Part shown: positions 7,789 through 15,455 of the stretch, piece after piece | Numbering within the stretch: position 1 is the stretch's first letter | Layout: each line of letters begins with the position of its first letter | Notes under the pieces: generated by a model | Told to the model about the DNA's origin: nothing | The model's database searches: none | The model's input: the letters and a program-made list of their open reading frames with translations, nothing else | Made by a program: the position numbers and the translations under genes | Assembly: GCA_037139555.1 (NCBI GenBank) | Contig: JBAXGE010000001.1 | Location: forward strand, 1-53,966 | Direction of reading: 5' to 3' | Origin: Phycisphaerae bacterium | GTDB lineage: Bacteria; Planctomycetota; Phycisphaerae; WQYP01 | Length of the DNA stretch: 53,966 bases

Positions 7789-7920
7789 CCACTTATCTTT
7801 CCCCAGGCTTCCACGCAAAAGGCGGAGTCGGGTGGGAGAATTAGCACCGAACGCTGGCTGATACCAACTAGGTTGCTGTGTCGTCAACGGGCCCGTCCCT
7901 CGGACACTCTGGATAAGGAA
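7789..7920 (-). promoter_or_regulatory. SAM-I (S-box) riboswitch aptamer
   Basis: Minus strand reads TTCCTTATCCAGAGTGTCCGAGGGACGGGCCCGTTGACGACACAGCAACC...GGTGCTAATTCTCCCACCCG...CCTGGGGAAAGATAAGTGG. All hallmark elements are present: P1 CTTATC/GATAAG, CAGAG, P2 GTGTC/GACAC with GAGGGA and GGCCC, GCAACC, GGTGCTAAxTC, and a P4 hairpin CCCA.../...TGGGG. Confidence 0.9.
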
Positions 7921-7940
7921 CTCTTCACTTGTATGTGGAT

Positions 7941-7968
7941 AGTATAGTACATTGGTAGGGATTGTCAA
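7941..7968 (-). promoter_or_regulatory. Putative sigma70-type promoter driving the riboswitch operon
   Basis: Minus strand reads TTGACA (7968-7963), a 16-nt spacer, then TATACT (7946-7941), about 20 nt upstream of the first aptamer nucleotide. Confidence 0.5.
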
Positions 7969-8012
7969 GATTTGCTCCTGACATCTCCTCTAACCATCTA
8001 CGCTACCAAGAC

Positions 8013-10709
8013 TTACTCCTTGCGCGGCCAACGATTGGAATCGCCCGGGTGGCGCAGAATCCACAATTCCGGGTCGAGTTCCACACGCTCGGGTTGGAAC
8101 GGCAGTTCAAAGGTAATCACCTGCTCGGACTTATCCAACCGCTGTTTGGCAATTGTAAGCACTTTGCCAGCCGACCCATAGCAGCGAATATCCACGGGCA
8201 TGGGGTAGATTTCGTCGGGCTGGGTGATATTCAAGGTAACCGATTGTTTGCCATCGGGGAGTGATTTAACGATCATTTTTTCGATCCGGTAGTGGGCGAA
8301 GCCGGACGAATTCAACCACAGGGCAAAGAAGCTGCGTAAATCCTCGCCCGCAACGTCCGTAGCCACGCGTTTGAAATCTTCGACGTTGGCCGGGGTATGG
8401 CGATAGGTTTCTGCCCAGCGGCGCAATAGTTTGAAGAACTTCTCATCGCCCATCACATAACGCAACGAATGCAGAACATAGGCCCCCTTCTCGTAGACCA
8501 CCGGGCGGTATAGTGGCGAATCCGGCAGACAGTTCATCACGGTTTCTTTAGCCCGGGGGAAACGCAGGGTGAAATCCAGGAACAACTGGGCGTAGCGCAA
8601 CATGTGTACACGCAGCGCATTGGCACCTTCGCTTTTCTCGGTATACAACGCATCCAGGTAGGTGGCGAAGCCTTCGGACAACCATTGGCTGTAGTCGCTG
8701 TCCATCAGATTGATCGGGATGAGATTGCCGAACCATTGATGGGCCAATTCATGGGCCAGCAGCGTAGTGGGCACTTCTTTACGATTGACCATTTCGGATT
8801 GCAGCCACATCATCGAGGCCGGGCCAACGCCCCCGAGGAAGGGCGGTAAGGGGACTTCGACAATGGCCATTTTTTCATACGGGTACGACACCACGCATTG
8901 GGAGTAAAAATTCAAAATATCGTGGGCTGCGGTCACATAGGCATCATGTTTTTTGGCGTTGGTCGGACGCAAATAGGTGTAATAATGGATAGCGCCGCGA
9001 GTTTCGTCTTGCAGTTCATATGGACCATAGGCGAAATAGAGTCCAAAGACCAGCTCATCGGTGCTGAACTTGAACTCACCGGGCTTGGTCGCGGTGCCCG
9101 GTTTGCGCTCTACCAGACGACCGTTTTGGACCGCTTCGCCGGGAGCGTGCAGACGGATTTTGACATCAGCTTTGAACAGGTCGCCAATGATGGTGGTGGG
9201 ATACCACAGCCCGGAGGACAAACCGTAGCCAAACTCACCCACCGTCAAATGCGGTGTCACCAGCGGTTCGTCTTCGGCACGCGGGACATGCACCAGCACC
9301 GGCCGGGTGGTCGGTTCCAGCGTACCGGGGGCCGGACGGGTGGCAGGCCTCGTGGCGGGTCGGGACGTGGTGGTGGACTGGGGCCGAATTTGTTGGGCTT
9401 CGGGCCCCGCATAAATACCGGTATATGAGAAATCCAGCTTAATTTGCTCATCTTTACGGAAAATACTGGGTAGTTTCCAACGCCAAGTGTCTCCGTTTAG
9501 CTGCGGTACCAGTCGTACCCCGTTCACCGCCGCAGAATTGACTTTCATGTGGTTGGCCAGCATGAGCAGAATTTCGCGTTTGTCATCACCCCGGTTAATC
9601 AGCGTGAGTGAACCGGCAACCGTGATCCGGTGCTGGTCGGGCTGAATATCCACAGTCAGGGTATAGGTCTGCGCATCCAGCTTCTGCTGCGCAAACATTT
9701 TGAGTTGTTCGGCCGGGGGAATAGCCTTGTCACCCAAAGTATCATACGGGATGGTACCGCCGTAACGGCCCTTCCCATAGCTTTCACCGGCTTGCTGGGC
9801 TTCCCGCTGCCGGGCACTGCGGCTGCGACTGCGGGCTTCGGGAACATTGGGGCTGTCGGGAAAATCTTTGGTCATTTTTTCATAGGCTTCCGCCGCTTCT
9901 TTCTGGCGGTGCAACTTGTCACTGAGCAAACGGCCTTTTTCCATCAAGGCCCGTTCGGTCCATGGTACTGATTTGGGATATTTCTCCGTCATATCCGTAA
10001 GCATGCGCAGGGCCGTTTCAGGCTCGTTGGCAAAATCATAAAGTTTGGCCAGGCGGTACATCGCTTCGGGCACATCATCCCCCTGAGGGTAGTCGGTCAG
10101 GTACTTCTTAAACAACTCCAGAGCATTGATCGGTGGCTCTACCAAACCTTCGTGCCAGATCCGTCCCATTTCCATCAGTGCCATGGCTGCGCCCGGACCG
10201 GCGGGAAAAGTAGTGCGATACTGTTCATATTTTCCCAACGCACGTTTATACTTTGGATCCGCCTCCGGCAACGTGCGGGACTTCAAGTCATCCGCCTGCC
10301 GATGTAATATCTTCCCTTGTTCCAAAAGCGCCTGACCGCCGTTTTTTTCCTGTGCGGGATAGTTTTTAACAAGATATTCCCAGTAGTCGAGCGCTTTTTC
10401 CTCATTTTTCTTGACTTCATAGATCAGTATGGCCACGCGCCGCCAAGCCTCGGCCGCATCGTCGGATTTTCCGAACCGGGTTTCGAGCGTCTCGTAAAGT
10501 TGGATGGTTTCGCCGAGTAATTGTTGGTATTGCTCGGGGGTAAGGGTATCTTTTTCAGCGCGGACACGGGCTTCGTATTTGCCTGCCATTTCCAACTGCG
10601 CGATGGCGGACTGGGGGGTGCTGAAGTACCAATAGGCATAGCCCACCCCAAAGATCCCCGCGACCAGCAAGACCGTAAGCACAAAAAACAGGATCGTCCG
10701 TCTTTCCAT
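8013..10709 (-). CDS. Membrane-anchored TPR-repeat protein fused to an M1-family (aminopeptidase N-like) zinc metallopeptidase domain
   Basis: 898 aa. N-terminal TM ILFFVLTVLLVAGIFGVGYAYW, then TPR-like helical repeats and a Pro/Thr linker (TSRPATRPATRPAPG). The C-terminal domain carries the gluzincin signature HELAHQWFGN plus WLSEGFATY. Confidence 0.85.
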   Translation of the reverse strand: MERRTILFFVLTVLLVAGIFGVGYAYWYFSTPQSAIAQLEMAGKYEARVRAEKDTLTPEQYQQLLGETIQLYETLETRFGKSDDAAEAWRRVAILIYEVKKNEEKALDYWEYLVKNYPAQEKNGGQALLEQGKILHRQADDLKSRTLPEADPKYKRALGKYEQYRTTFPAGPGAAMALMEMGRIWHEGLVEPPINALELFKKYLTDYPQGDDVPEAMYRLAKLYDFANEPETALRMLTDMTEKYPKSVPWTERALMEKGRLLSDKLHRQKEAAEAYEKMTKDFPDSPNVPEARSRSRSARQREAQQAGESYGKGRYGGTIPYDTLGDKAIPPAEQLKMFAQQKLDAQTYTLTVDIQPDQHRITVAGSLTLINRGDDKREILLMLANHMKVNSAAVNGVRLVPQLNGDTWRWKLPSIFRKDEQIKLDFSYTGIYAGPEAQQIRPQSTTTSRPATRPATRPAPGTLEPTTRPVLVHVPRAEDEPLVTPHLTVGEFGYGLSSGLWYPTTIIGDLFKADVKIRLHAPGEAVQNGRLVERKPGTATKPGEFKFSTDELVFGLYFAYGPYELQDETRGAIHYYTYLRPTNAKKHDAYVTAAHDILNFYSQCVVSYPYEKMAIVEVPLPPFLGGVGPASMMWLQSEMVNRKEVPTTLLAHELAHQWFGNLIPINLMDSDYSQWLSEGFATYLDALYTEKSEGANALRVHMLRYAQLFLDFTLRFPRAKETVMNCLPDSPLYRPVVYEKGAYVLHSLRYVMGDEKFFKLLRRWAETYRHTPANVEDFKRVATDVAGEDLRSFFALWLNSSGFAHYRIEKMIVKSLPDGKQSVTLNITQPDEIYPMPVDIRCYGSAGKVLTIAKQRLDKSEQVITFELPFQPERVELDPELWILRHPGDSNRWPRKE

Positions 10710-10767
10710 CGTATTACTCCAACCCGGGATAAGAATAAGGCAGTATCATATCGTATGATAGCGTAAG

Positions 10768-12054
10768 ATGTTACCTCGGAAAAGAGATGTTTTTATGTCC
10801 CGACCCATTGGTCCAGTATATCAGCCTGACGATGCCGGATTAAATGTGGCATCCTTGGTCCAATTGGCTGAGGACCAATATCTACCCCTGCGACAATCAG
10901 CCCGCCAAGTGGCGGAGCATCTGGGGGGCATTCAGGCCAAAGATATTGCCCAACTGCGCAAGCATTGGCCCGCTGCTCTGGTCCGGACGGCACTGGTAAT
11001 CGCGGGGACTCAGGCCAAAGCTCTGGGGCCGAAGGGTAAATTTCAATCCCTCGGACTCGATTGGTTCTGGTCCACGCCCGAGGCTTTGGAACAAGCGAGC
11101 AGTTTTCGGGTGGCCCTGCATAAGACCCGGCAGATGGCGGGCTTGGGCCTGCACCAAGTCTGGGACTTATGTGCCGGTATCGGCGGTGATGCCCTGGCTT
11201 GGAGTGCCCAGCAACCTACTAGGTTGGTCGAACTCAGTCCGGTGCGGGCGTGGATGGCAGAAGCCAATTTACGCGCCTGCAAACGTAACACCGAGGTGTG
11301 GTGCCGGGATATCGCCACGATCCGGGCCGATATTAAACACCAAGATTTCATTCTTATTGACCCTGCCCGGCGGTCGCGGGGAATTCGGGCGGTCGGCTGG
11401 CAAGAGCTTTACCCCTCGCCTGCGGTATTTATGCCTTTGCTGGACCAAGCGCGGGCCGCGTGCATCAAATTATCCTCGGCCATGGAGTACAGCGAACTCC
11501 CCGGCGGACACTTGGAATTGATTAGTGACCATGGCAGCGTGGTCCAAGCGGTATTATGGCTGGGCGAAGCCGCGCAATTATTGGGCTCCCATCCGCGCCG
11601 GGCATCCATTGTTACAGATGACGCCACATGGAGTGTGACGGGCATACCACATCCCCCCTTTGCGTTGGCAGAACCGGATGCATATATCGGCGAAATTGAT
11701 GGTGCCGTCACCCGGGCGGGTTTAAGCACCGAAGTACTCGGACCCCTCCAGGCACAGGCCTTAACTGTTGATGGTGGTTATTGCACCGCCCCCACCCCGA
11801 TCCCGCACCCGGCGGTGACCTGGTATGCCACCCGGATGCACGGCGGGGCAGATCTGAAAAAGATTCCGGGCTGGATCGCTGATCAGAGACTCAAGGGGTG
11901 CATCGAAGTGAAAACCCGCGGGGCTCCCGACATCAATACCGACACACTGCAAAATCTGTGGTCACAAGGCCCCCACTATGTGGCGACAGTCATGATCTAT
12001 CGGCGGGACAAACAACTGCGGGCAGTGTTGGCCCAGCGCCTGTCCAAATCATAA
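10768..12054 (+). CDS. Class I SAM-dependent methyltransferase-like protein
   Basis: 428 aa; start is ATG 10768 or 10795. SAM-binding motif I context VWDLCAGIGGDALAW, followed by ILIDPARR (motif II/post-I-like). The substrate is unknown. Confidence 0.55.
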   Translation: MLPRKRDVFMSRPIGPVYQPDDAGLNVASLVQLAEDQYLPLRQSARQVAEHLGGIQAKDIAQLRKHWPAALVRTALVIAGTQAKALGPKGKFQSLGLDWFWSTPEALEQASSFRVALHKTRQMAGLGLHQVWDLCAGIGGDALAWSAQQPTRLVELSPVRAWMAEANLRACKRNTEVWCRDIATIRADIKHQDFILIDPARRSRGIRAVGWQELYPSPAVFMPLLDQARAACIKLSSAMEYSELPGGHLELISDHGSVVQAVLWLGEAAQLLGSHPRRASIVTDDATWSVTGIPHPPFALAEPDAYIGEIDGAVTRAGLSTEVLGPLQAQALTVDGGYCTAPTPIPHPAVTWYATRMHGGADLKKIPGWIADQRLKGCIEVKTRGAPDINTDTLQNLWSQGPHYVATVMIYRRDKQLRAVLAQRLSKS

Positions 12055-12058
12055 AAGA

Positions 12059-12086
12059 GGGGCTTTCTGGATGCCCAGAAAGCCCC
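12059..12086. terminator. Bidirectional hairpin terminator between convergent genes
   Basis: Perfect 12-bp stem GGGGCTTTCTGG-ATGC-CCAGAAAGCCCC, placed between the methyltransferase stop (12054) and the Cys-rich ORF stop (12122). There is no long T tract on either side. Confidence 0.6.
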
Positions 12087-12121
12087 GAATCAACCGCTAT
12101 AGACCACAGACAATGTGCCCC

Positions 12122-12352
12122 TTAGCTCTTTTTGGGCGCACAAGTCTTGCAGCATTCGCACTTGGTGCAGGTGGCATTGCACTTGGCGTCTTTCTTGCAG
12201 CAACTACAATCTTTGCAGGTGCACTTGGCGCAGCAATCCGGCTTGGCTGGAGCTGCGGTTTCAGCCATCAGGTTGGCGCCGACAAATCCCATTGCAGCCA
12301 CAAAACTTACGATCAATAAATTACGCATCATGGTAGAACCTTTTCTGGGCAT
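12122..12352 (-). CDS. Small secreted cysteine-rich, metallothionein-like protein
   Basis: 76 aa (ATG 12352), or 69/68 aa from ATG 12331/12328. Signal peptide MMRNLLIVSFVAAMGFVGANLMA/ETAAP. The mature 46 aa ETAAPAKPDCCAKCTCKDCSCCKKDAKCNATCTKCECCKTCAPKKS has 13 Cys in CC/CxC/CxxC spacing, 10 Lys, and no aromatic residues or His. It is flanked by a hairpin terminator. Confidence 0.6.
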   Translation of the reverse strand: MPRKGSTMMRNLLIVSFVAAMGFVGANLMAETAAPAKPDCCAKCTCKDCSCCKKDAKCNATCTKCECCKTCAPKKS

Positions 12353-12472
12353 ATAGCCCGAAATAATTGAACTTGGGAATAACGCGACATGCGTTTATTC
12401 CAGACTGAAAATCACAAAAATAAACAAGGACATTAGTGCCGCACTAGCGGTCCGGGCGATCGGGAAGGAGGC

Positions 12473-12904
12473 TCACGTGGTAAGCATGCAGCCTAAAGCC
12501 AGCAAGGTGGCACCGACGTGGGGTCTAAAGGCATCCTGAGACCGCAGCGCAGGTGCTAGTGACACGGATTCGAGGCAGGATTGAATCTGGATGAAATAAT
12601 TCAAGCAAACCGGATGGAGATTGACGGGCAAACGCAGTTCCAACGGGATATTGTCCCCCGCCGACTTCATGGCACAGTGACATTCTTTATCCTGCTGGTC
12701 ATGGGCTGGCGTCTGTTCGGAACCATGACCTGCGGCGGGCCGATGGGTACAGCAGTCGTCCAGATCCGGCTCGGTAACCACCACCACTTGGGGACTGGCA
12801 CACAGGCTCATTCCCTGTGCAACCAACTGCTTACCCAACCCCTCGCTACAGCAAAGCAGCGGGGTAAGCAGCACAGCCCACAAAGCCATGAGGATACGAA
12901 CCAT
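12473..12904 (-). CDS. Hypothetical secreted Cys/His-rich protein
   Basis: 143 aa. ATG with AGGAG 6 nt upstream. N-terminal signal-like MVRILMALWAVLLTPLLCC. It contains CC, DDCCTH and ECHC motifs. No family recognised. Confidence 0.5.
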   Translation of the reverse strand: MVRILMALWAVLLTPLLCCSEGLGKQLVAQGMSLCASPQVVVVTEPDLDDCCTHRPAAGHGSEQTPAHDQQDKECHCAMKSAGDNIPLELRLPVNLHPVCLNYFIQIQSCLESVSLAPALRSQDAFRPHVGATLLALGCMLTT

Positions 12905-12979
12905 TAGATACTCCTGATTGAAGTCTACGTATTCAAGACCTCTGTATCAAGATTAATCCTAAGCCTTAACTGCATTCGC

Positions 12980-14482
12980 TTATACGTCACGAATGACCCG
13001 GGCGTTGATATTGGCCAGATCGCACGCGACCGCATTAGGTTCAGAAGCGGTTAAACCGCGTAAATCCAACTCGCCACCCTGGACATTACGGGCCCAAATC
13101 GCGTTGAAGGACGGGCGCATGGCACCGGTGCGGATTTTCTCTTCATTCCCATCGTAGTAGGGTTTATTGCAGAAACGATTCGGGTCGGTCAACATCCGCC
13201 ACGAGTCGGTCACAGGATACGTGGGCCAGGTCACCGAAAAATCACGCAACACAAAATCGCGGATATTCTCCACGCACAGCGCCGCACATTTCGCCCGCAT
13301 CTCCGGTGAACCGGGACGAAAACTCACATTCATCGCCTTGGGTCCAATGATACTGGGGTCATCCAGCATGGCATAGCGCAACCGGATGTTTTCCATCCGA
13401 ATATGCGACACTTCGAATTCCGGTTTGGCGGCCCCCAGCAATATGCGGCCATCAGTCAAAATGTCCATATCGCGGAGCGTGACATTGCGGATCGCCCCCA
13501 CCGGTGGCTTGGGGAACGGCCAGCCGTGGTTGGGATGTTCCGGCACCACGTCATACTTACCATCCAGGTGGTCCACATACATCTCAATAGGACGATTGAA
13601 TGGCCAGCCCCGGTTGGTCTGGGCCACAACATTGCTCATGAATATATTCTCAATTACCGCGCCATCAAGGGAACGCAGATCAAGAATCCGGGTGCAATTT
13701 TTCACCACGATATTGGTGATGGTAATATTGCGGAAATCGTGCCGCGATTCATAGCCGATCCGCACCGCCACGCAACTGGTTTCCAGAATACAGTTGGTGA
13801 TGGTGATATCGCGGCAATCGCGCGAATCCACCGAGGATTTCAGAGCAATGGCATCATCACCCGTACTGATATGACAGTCGGAAATAATCAGATCATGGCA
13901 ACCAGAGGCATCAATCCCATCCGTGTTGGGACCATAGAGCGTATTTTGAATCTTCACGCCACGCACCCACGAACGGGTGCAATCCCACAGATGCAGGGTC
14001 CAGCCAGCCGATCCGGTGAGGAACACGTCCTGAATGCGGACGTCTTCGCAGCGTTCGATTTCAACCATTGGACTGGGACGATGCCAGCCGTGATTGTAGA
14101 ACACGAATTGACTCGGGCGGTCCTGATCCCAGAAATTCACACCGTTACCATCAATACAGCCCGGGCCGCGAATGGTGATATCTTTGCAGCCTTGGGCCAC
14201 GATCAAGTGCCAGGGTGTGCGGTCCATATGATGACCCCACTTGACCGCGATGTAATCTTCGATCCGCGGTGAACCGAGCAGAATCGCCCCCGCCTGCAGG
14301 GTTAATATCACCCCGCTCCGCATAAAAATGGTGCCAATCATAAAGGTGCCGGGCGGAACAATAACTTCGCCCCCGGTTTTACCCGCAGCATCAATGGCGG
14401 CTTGTACCGCTTTGGTGTTGAGGGTTTTGCCATCATTCACCGCGCCGAAATCGGTCACAACGTAACAACCAGTACAACTCAT
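12980..14482 (-). CDS. Glycoside hydrolase family 28-like (polygalacturonase-type right-handed beta-helix) protein
   Basis: 500 aa from ATG 14482 (GGAG 8 nt upstream; the track start at 14506 is GTG). GH28-type motifs are NTDGIDASGC, STGDDAIALKS and VAVRIGYE, with a repetitive beta-helix pattern. No signal peptide is evident. Confidence 0.75.
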   Translation of the reverse strand: MSCTGCYVVTDFGAVNDGKTLNTKAVQAAIDAAGKTGGEVIVPPGTFMIGTIFMRSGVILTLQAGAILLGSPRIEDYIAVKWGHHMDRTPWHLIVAQGCKDITIRGPGCIDGNGVNFWDQDRPSQFVFYNHGWHRPSPMVEIERCEDVRIQDVFLTGSAGWTLHLWDCTRSWVRGVKIQNTLYGPNTDGIDASGCHDLIISDCHISTGDDAIALKSSVDSRDCRDITITNCILETSCVAVRIGYESRHDFRNITITNIVVKNCTRILDLRSLDGAVIENIFMSNVVAQTNRGWPFNRPIEMYVDHLDGKYDVVPEHPNHGWPFPKPPVGAIRNVTLRDMDILTDGRILLGAAKPEFEVSHIRMENIRLRYAMLDDPSIIGPKAMNVSFRPGSPEMRAKCAALCVENIRDFVLRDFSVTWPTYPVTDSWRMLTDPNRFCNKPYYDGNEEKIRTGAMRPSFNAIWARNVQGGELDLRGLTASEPNAVACDLANINARVIRDV

Positions 14483-14553
14483 AAGGCCAACTCCGTAAGA
14501 ATTCACACCATTAACAGAATAAGGGAAAAATCAGCTACCTGCAAGTATGCCGG

Positions 14554-15336
14554 TTATATATGGGCATGGCCCAACGTACCGCCGATCTGCGCGGCGATAT
14601 ATTTGGCCTGGCGCAGATCTTCAATTATTTTGCCATCACGCAGCACCACCCGACGGCTGCATTGCGCCCCCACGGCAGGATCATGGGTAACTATCACAAT
14701 GGTTTTTCCCATGTCGTGGAGCTTGTGAATCATCTCCAGAATGGCCGCACCGGTTTTAGAGTCCAGATTCCCGGTGGGTTCATCGGCCAGCAGGAAGAGT
14801 GGATCATTCATCAAGGCCCGGGCTACGGCGACGCGTTGCTGTTGTCCACCGGACAATTCCTGAGGGCGATGGTCCAAGCGTTGTTCCAACCCAACCAATC
14901 CAGCCATTTCATGCGCCCGTTGGCGGCGCTGGGCTGGTGGCACCATCTGATAGAACAGCGGGACTTCCAGATTCTCGGCCACGGTAAGTTGGGGAATCAG
15001 ATTAAAGTTCTGGAAAATAAACCCCAGCCGGGCACCACGGAACTCGGATAGTTCATCGTCCGACATATGGGTGATGTCGCGCCCCCCCAGCACATAGCTG
15101 CCGAAGGTTGGACGATCCAAACATCCGAGTATATTCATTAATGTGGATTTACCCGAGCCCGAAGCCCCCATGATGGCGACCATCTCACCTTGGTGGATGT
15201 CCATCGTAACCCCATCAAGGGCGCGAACTTCCATTTCTGTGCCCGGTTTGGAGTAGATTTTGAATACATCACGCACCGAGACAATGACCGGAGTGGTCGG
15301 CTGGGGTGAAAGCTCAGGTGCTACGATCACGGACAT
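14554..15336 (-). CDS. ABC transporter ATP-binding protein (MacB/LolD/FtsE-like subfamily)
   Basis: 260 aa. Walker [11 protein letters not shown]-loop, signature [15 protein letters not shown], Walker [14 protein letters not shown]-loop VTHD. No permease gene is adjacent. Confidence 0.9.
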   Translation of the reverse strand: MSVIVAPELSPQPTTPVIVSVRDVFKIYSKPGTEMEVRALDGVTMDIHQGEMVAIMGASGSGKSTLMNILGCLDRPTFGSYVLGGRDITHMSDDELSEFRGARLGFIFQNFNLIPQLTVAENLEVPLFYQMVPPAQRRQRAHEMAGLVGLEQRLDHRPQELSGGQQQRVAVARALMNDPLFLLADEPTGNLDSKTGAAILEMIHKLHDMGKTIVIVTHDPAVGAQCSRRVVLRDGKIIEDLRQAKYIAAQIGGTLGHAHI

Positions 15337-15455
15337 TTCGGACTCCAGTTACAACTCTGCGCGGAAGACTAACGCCAATTATAGCGTTACCTTGCAAAAA
15401 TACCGTGTTAACCGGAAGACTTGGCCCGGCTGGAGTGTTGGCGTATCATGCCCGT

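Noticed and set aside
7681-7968. The 95-aa minus-strand ORF, and the N-terminal 36 codons of the 454-aa track ORF (to 7792), upstream of the ThrC-like gene.
   Set aside because: Both are laid over the SAM-I aptamer and its terminator. The family-consistent ThrC start (MSYVNGLKCKECG..., GGAGG upstream) is at 7684.
12071-12356. Three plus-strand ORFs (12071-12319, 12115-12336, 12132-12356) overlapping the Cys-rich gene.
   Set aside because: The low-complexity GC(A/T)-rich codon repeats keep all frames open. One plus-strand ORF starts inside the terminator hairpin. None has a ribosome-binding site or a sensible N-terminus. Only the minus-strand frame gives a signal peptide plus a coherent Cys pattern. 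The choice of frame still deserves experimental confirmation.
12434-12446. The palindrome TAGTGC-C-GCACTA, just downstream of the 143-aa ORF.
   Set aside because: The arms are only 6 bp and the 1-nt centre is too tight for an RNA hairpin. It is well within chance expectation.
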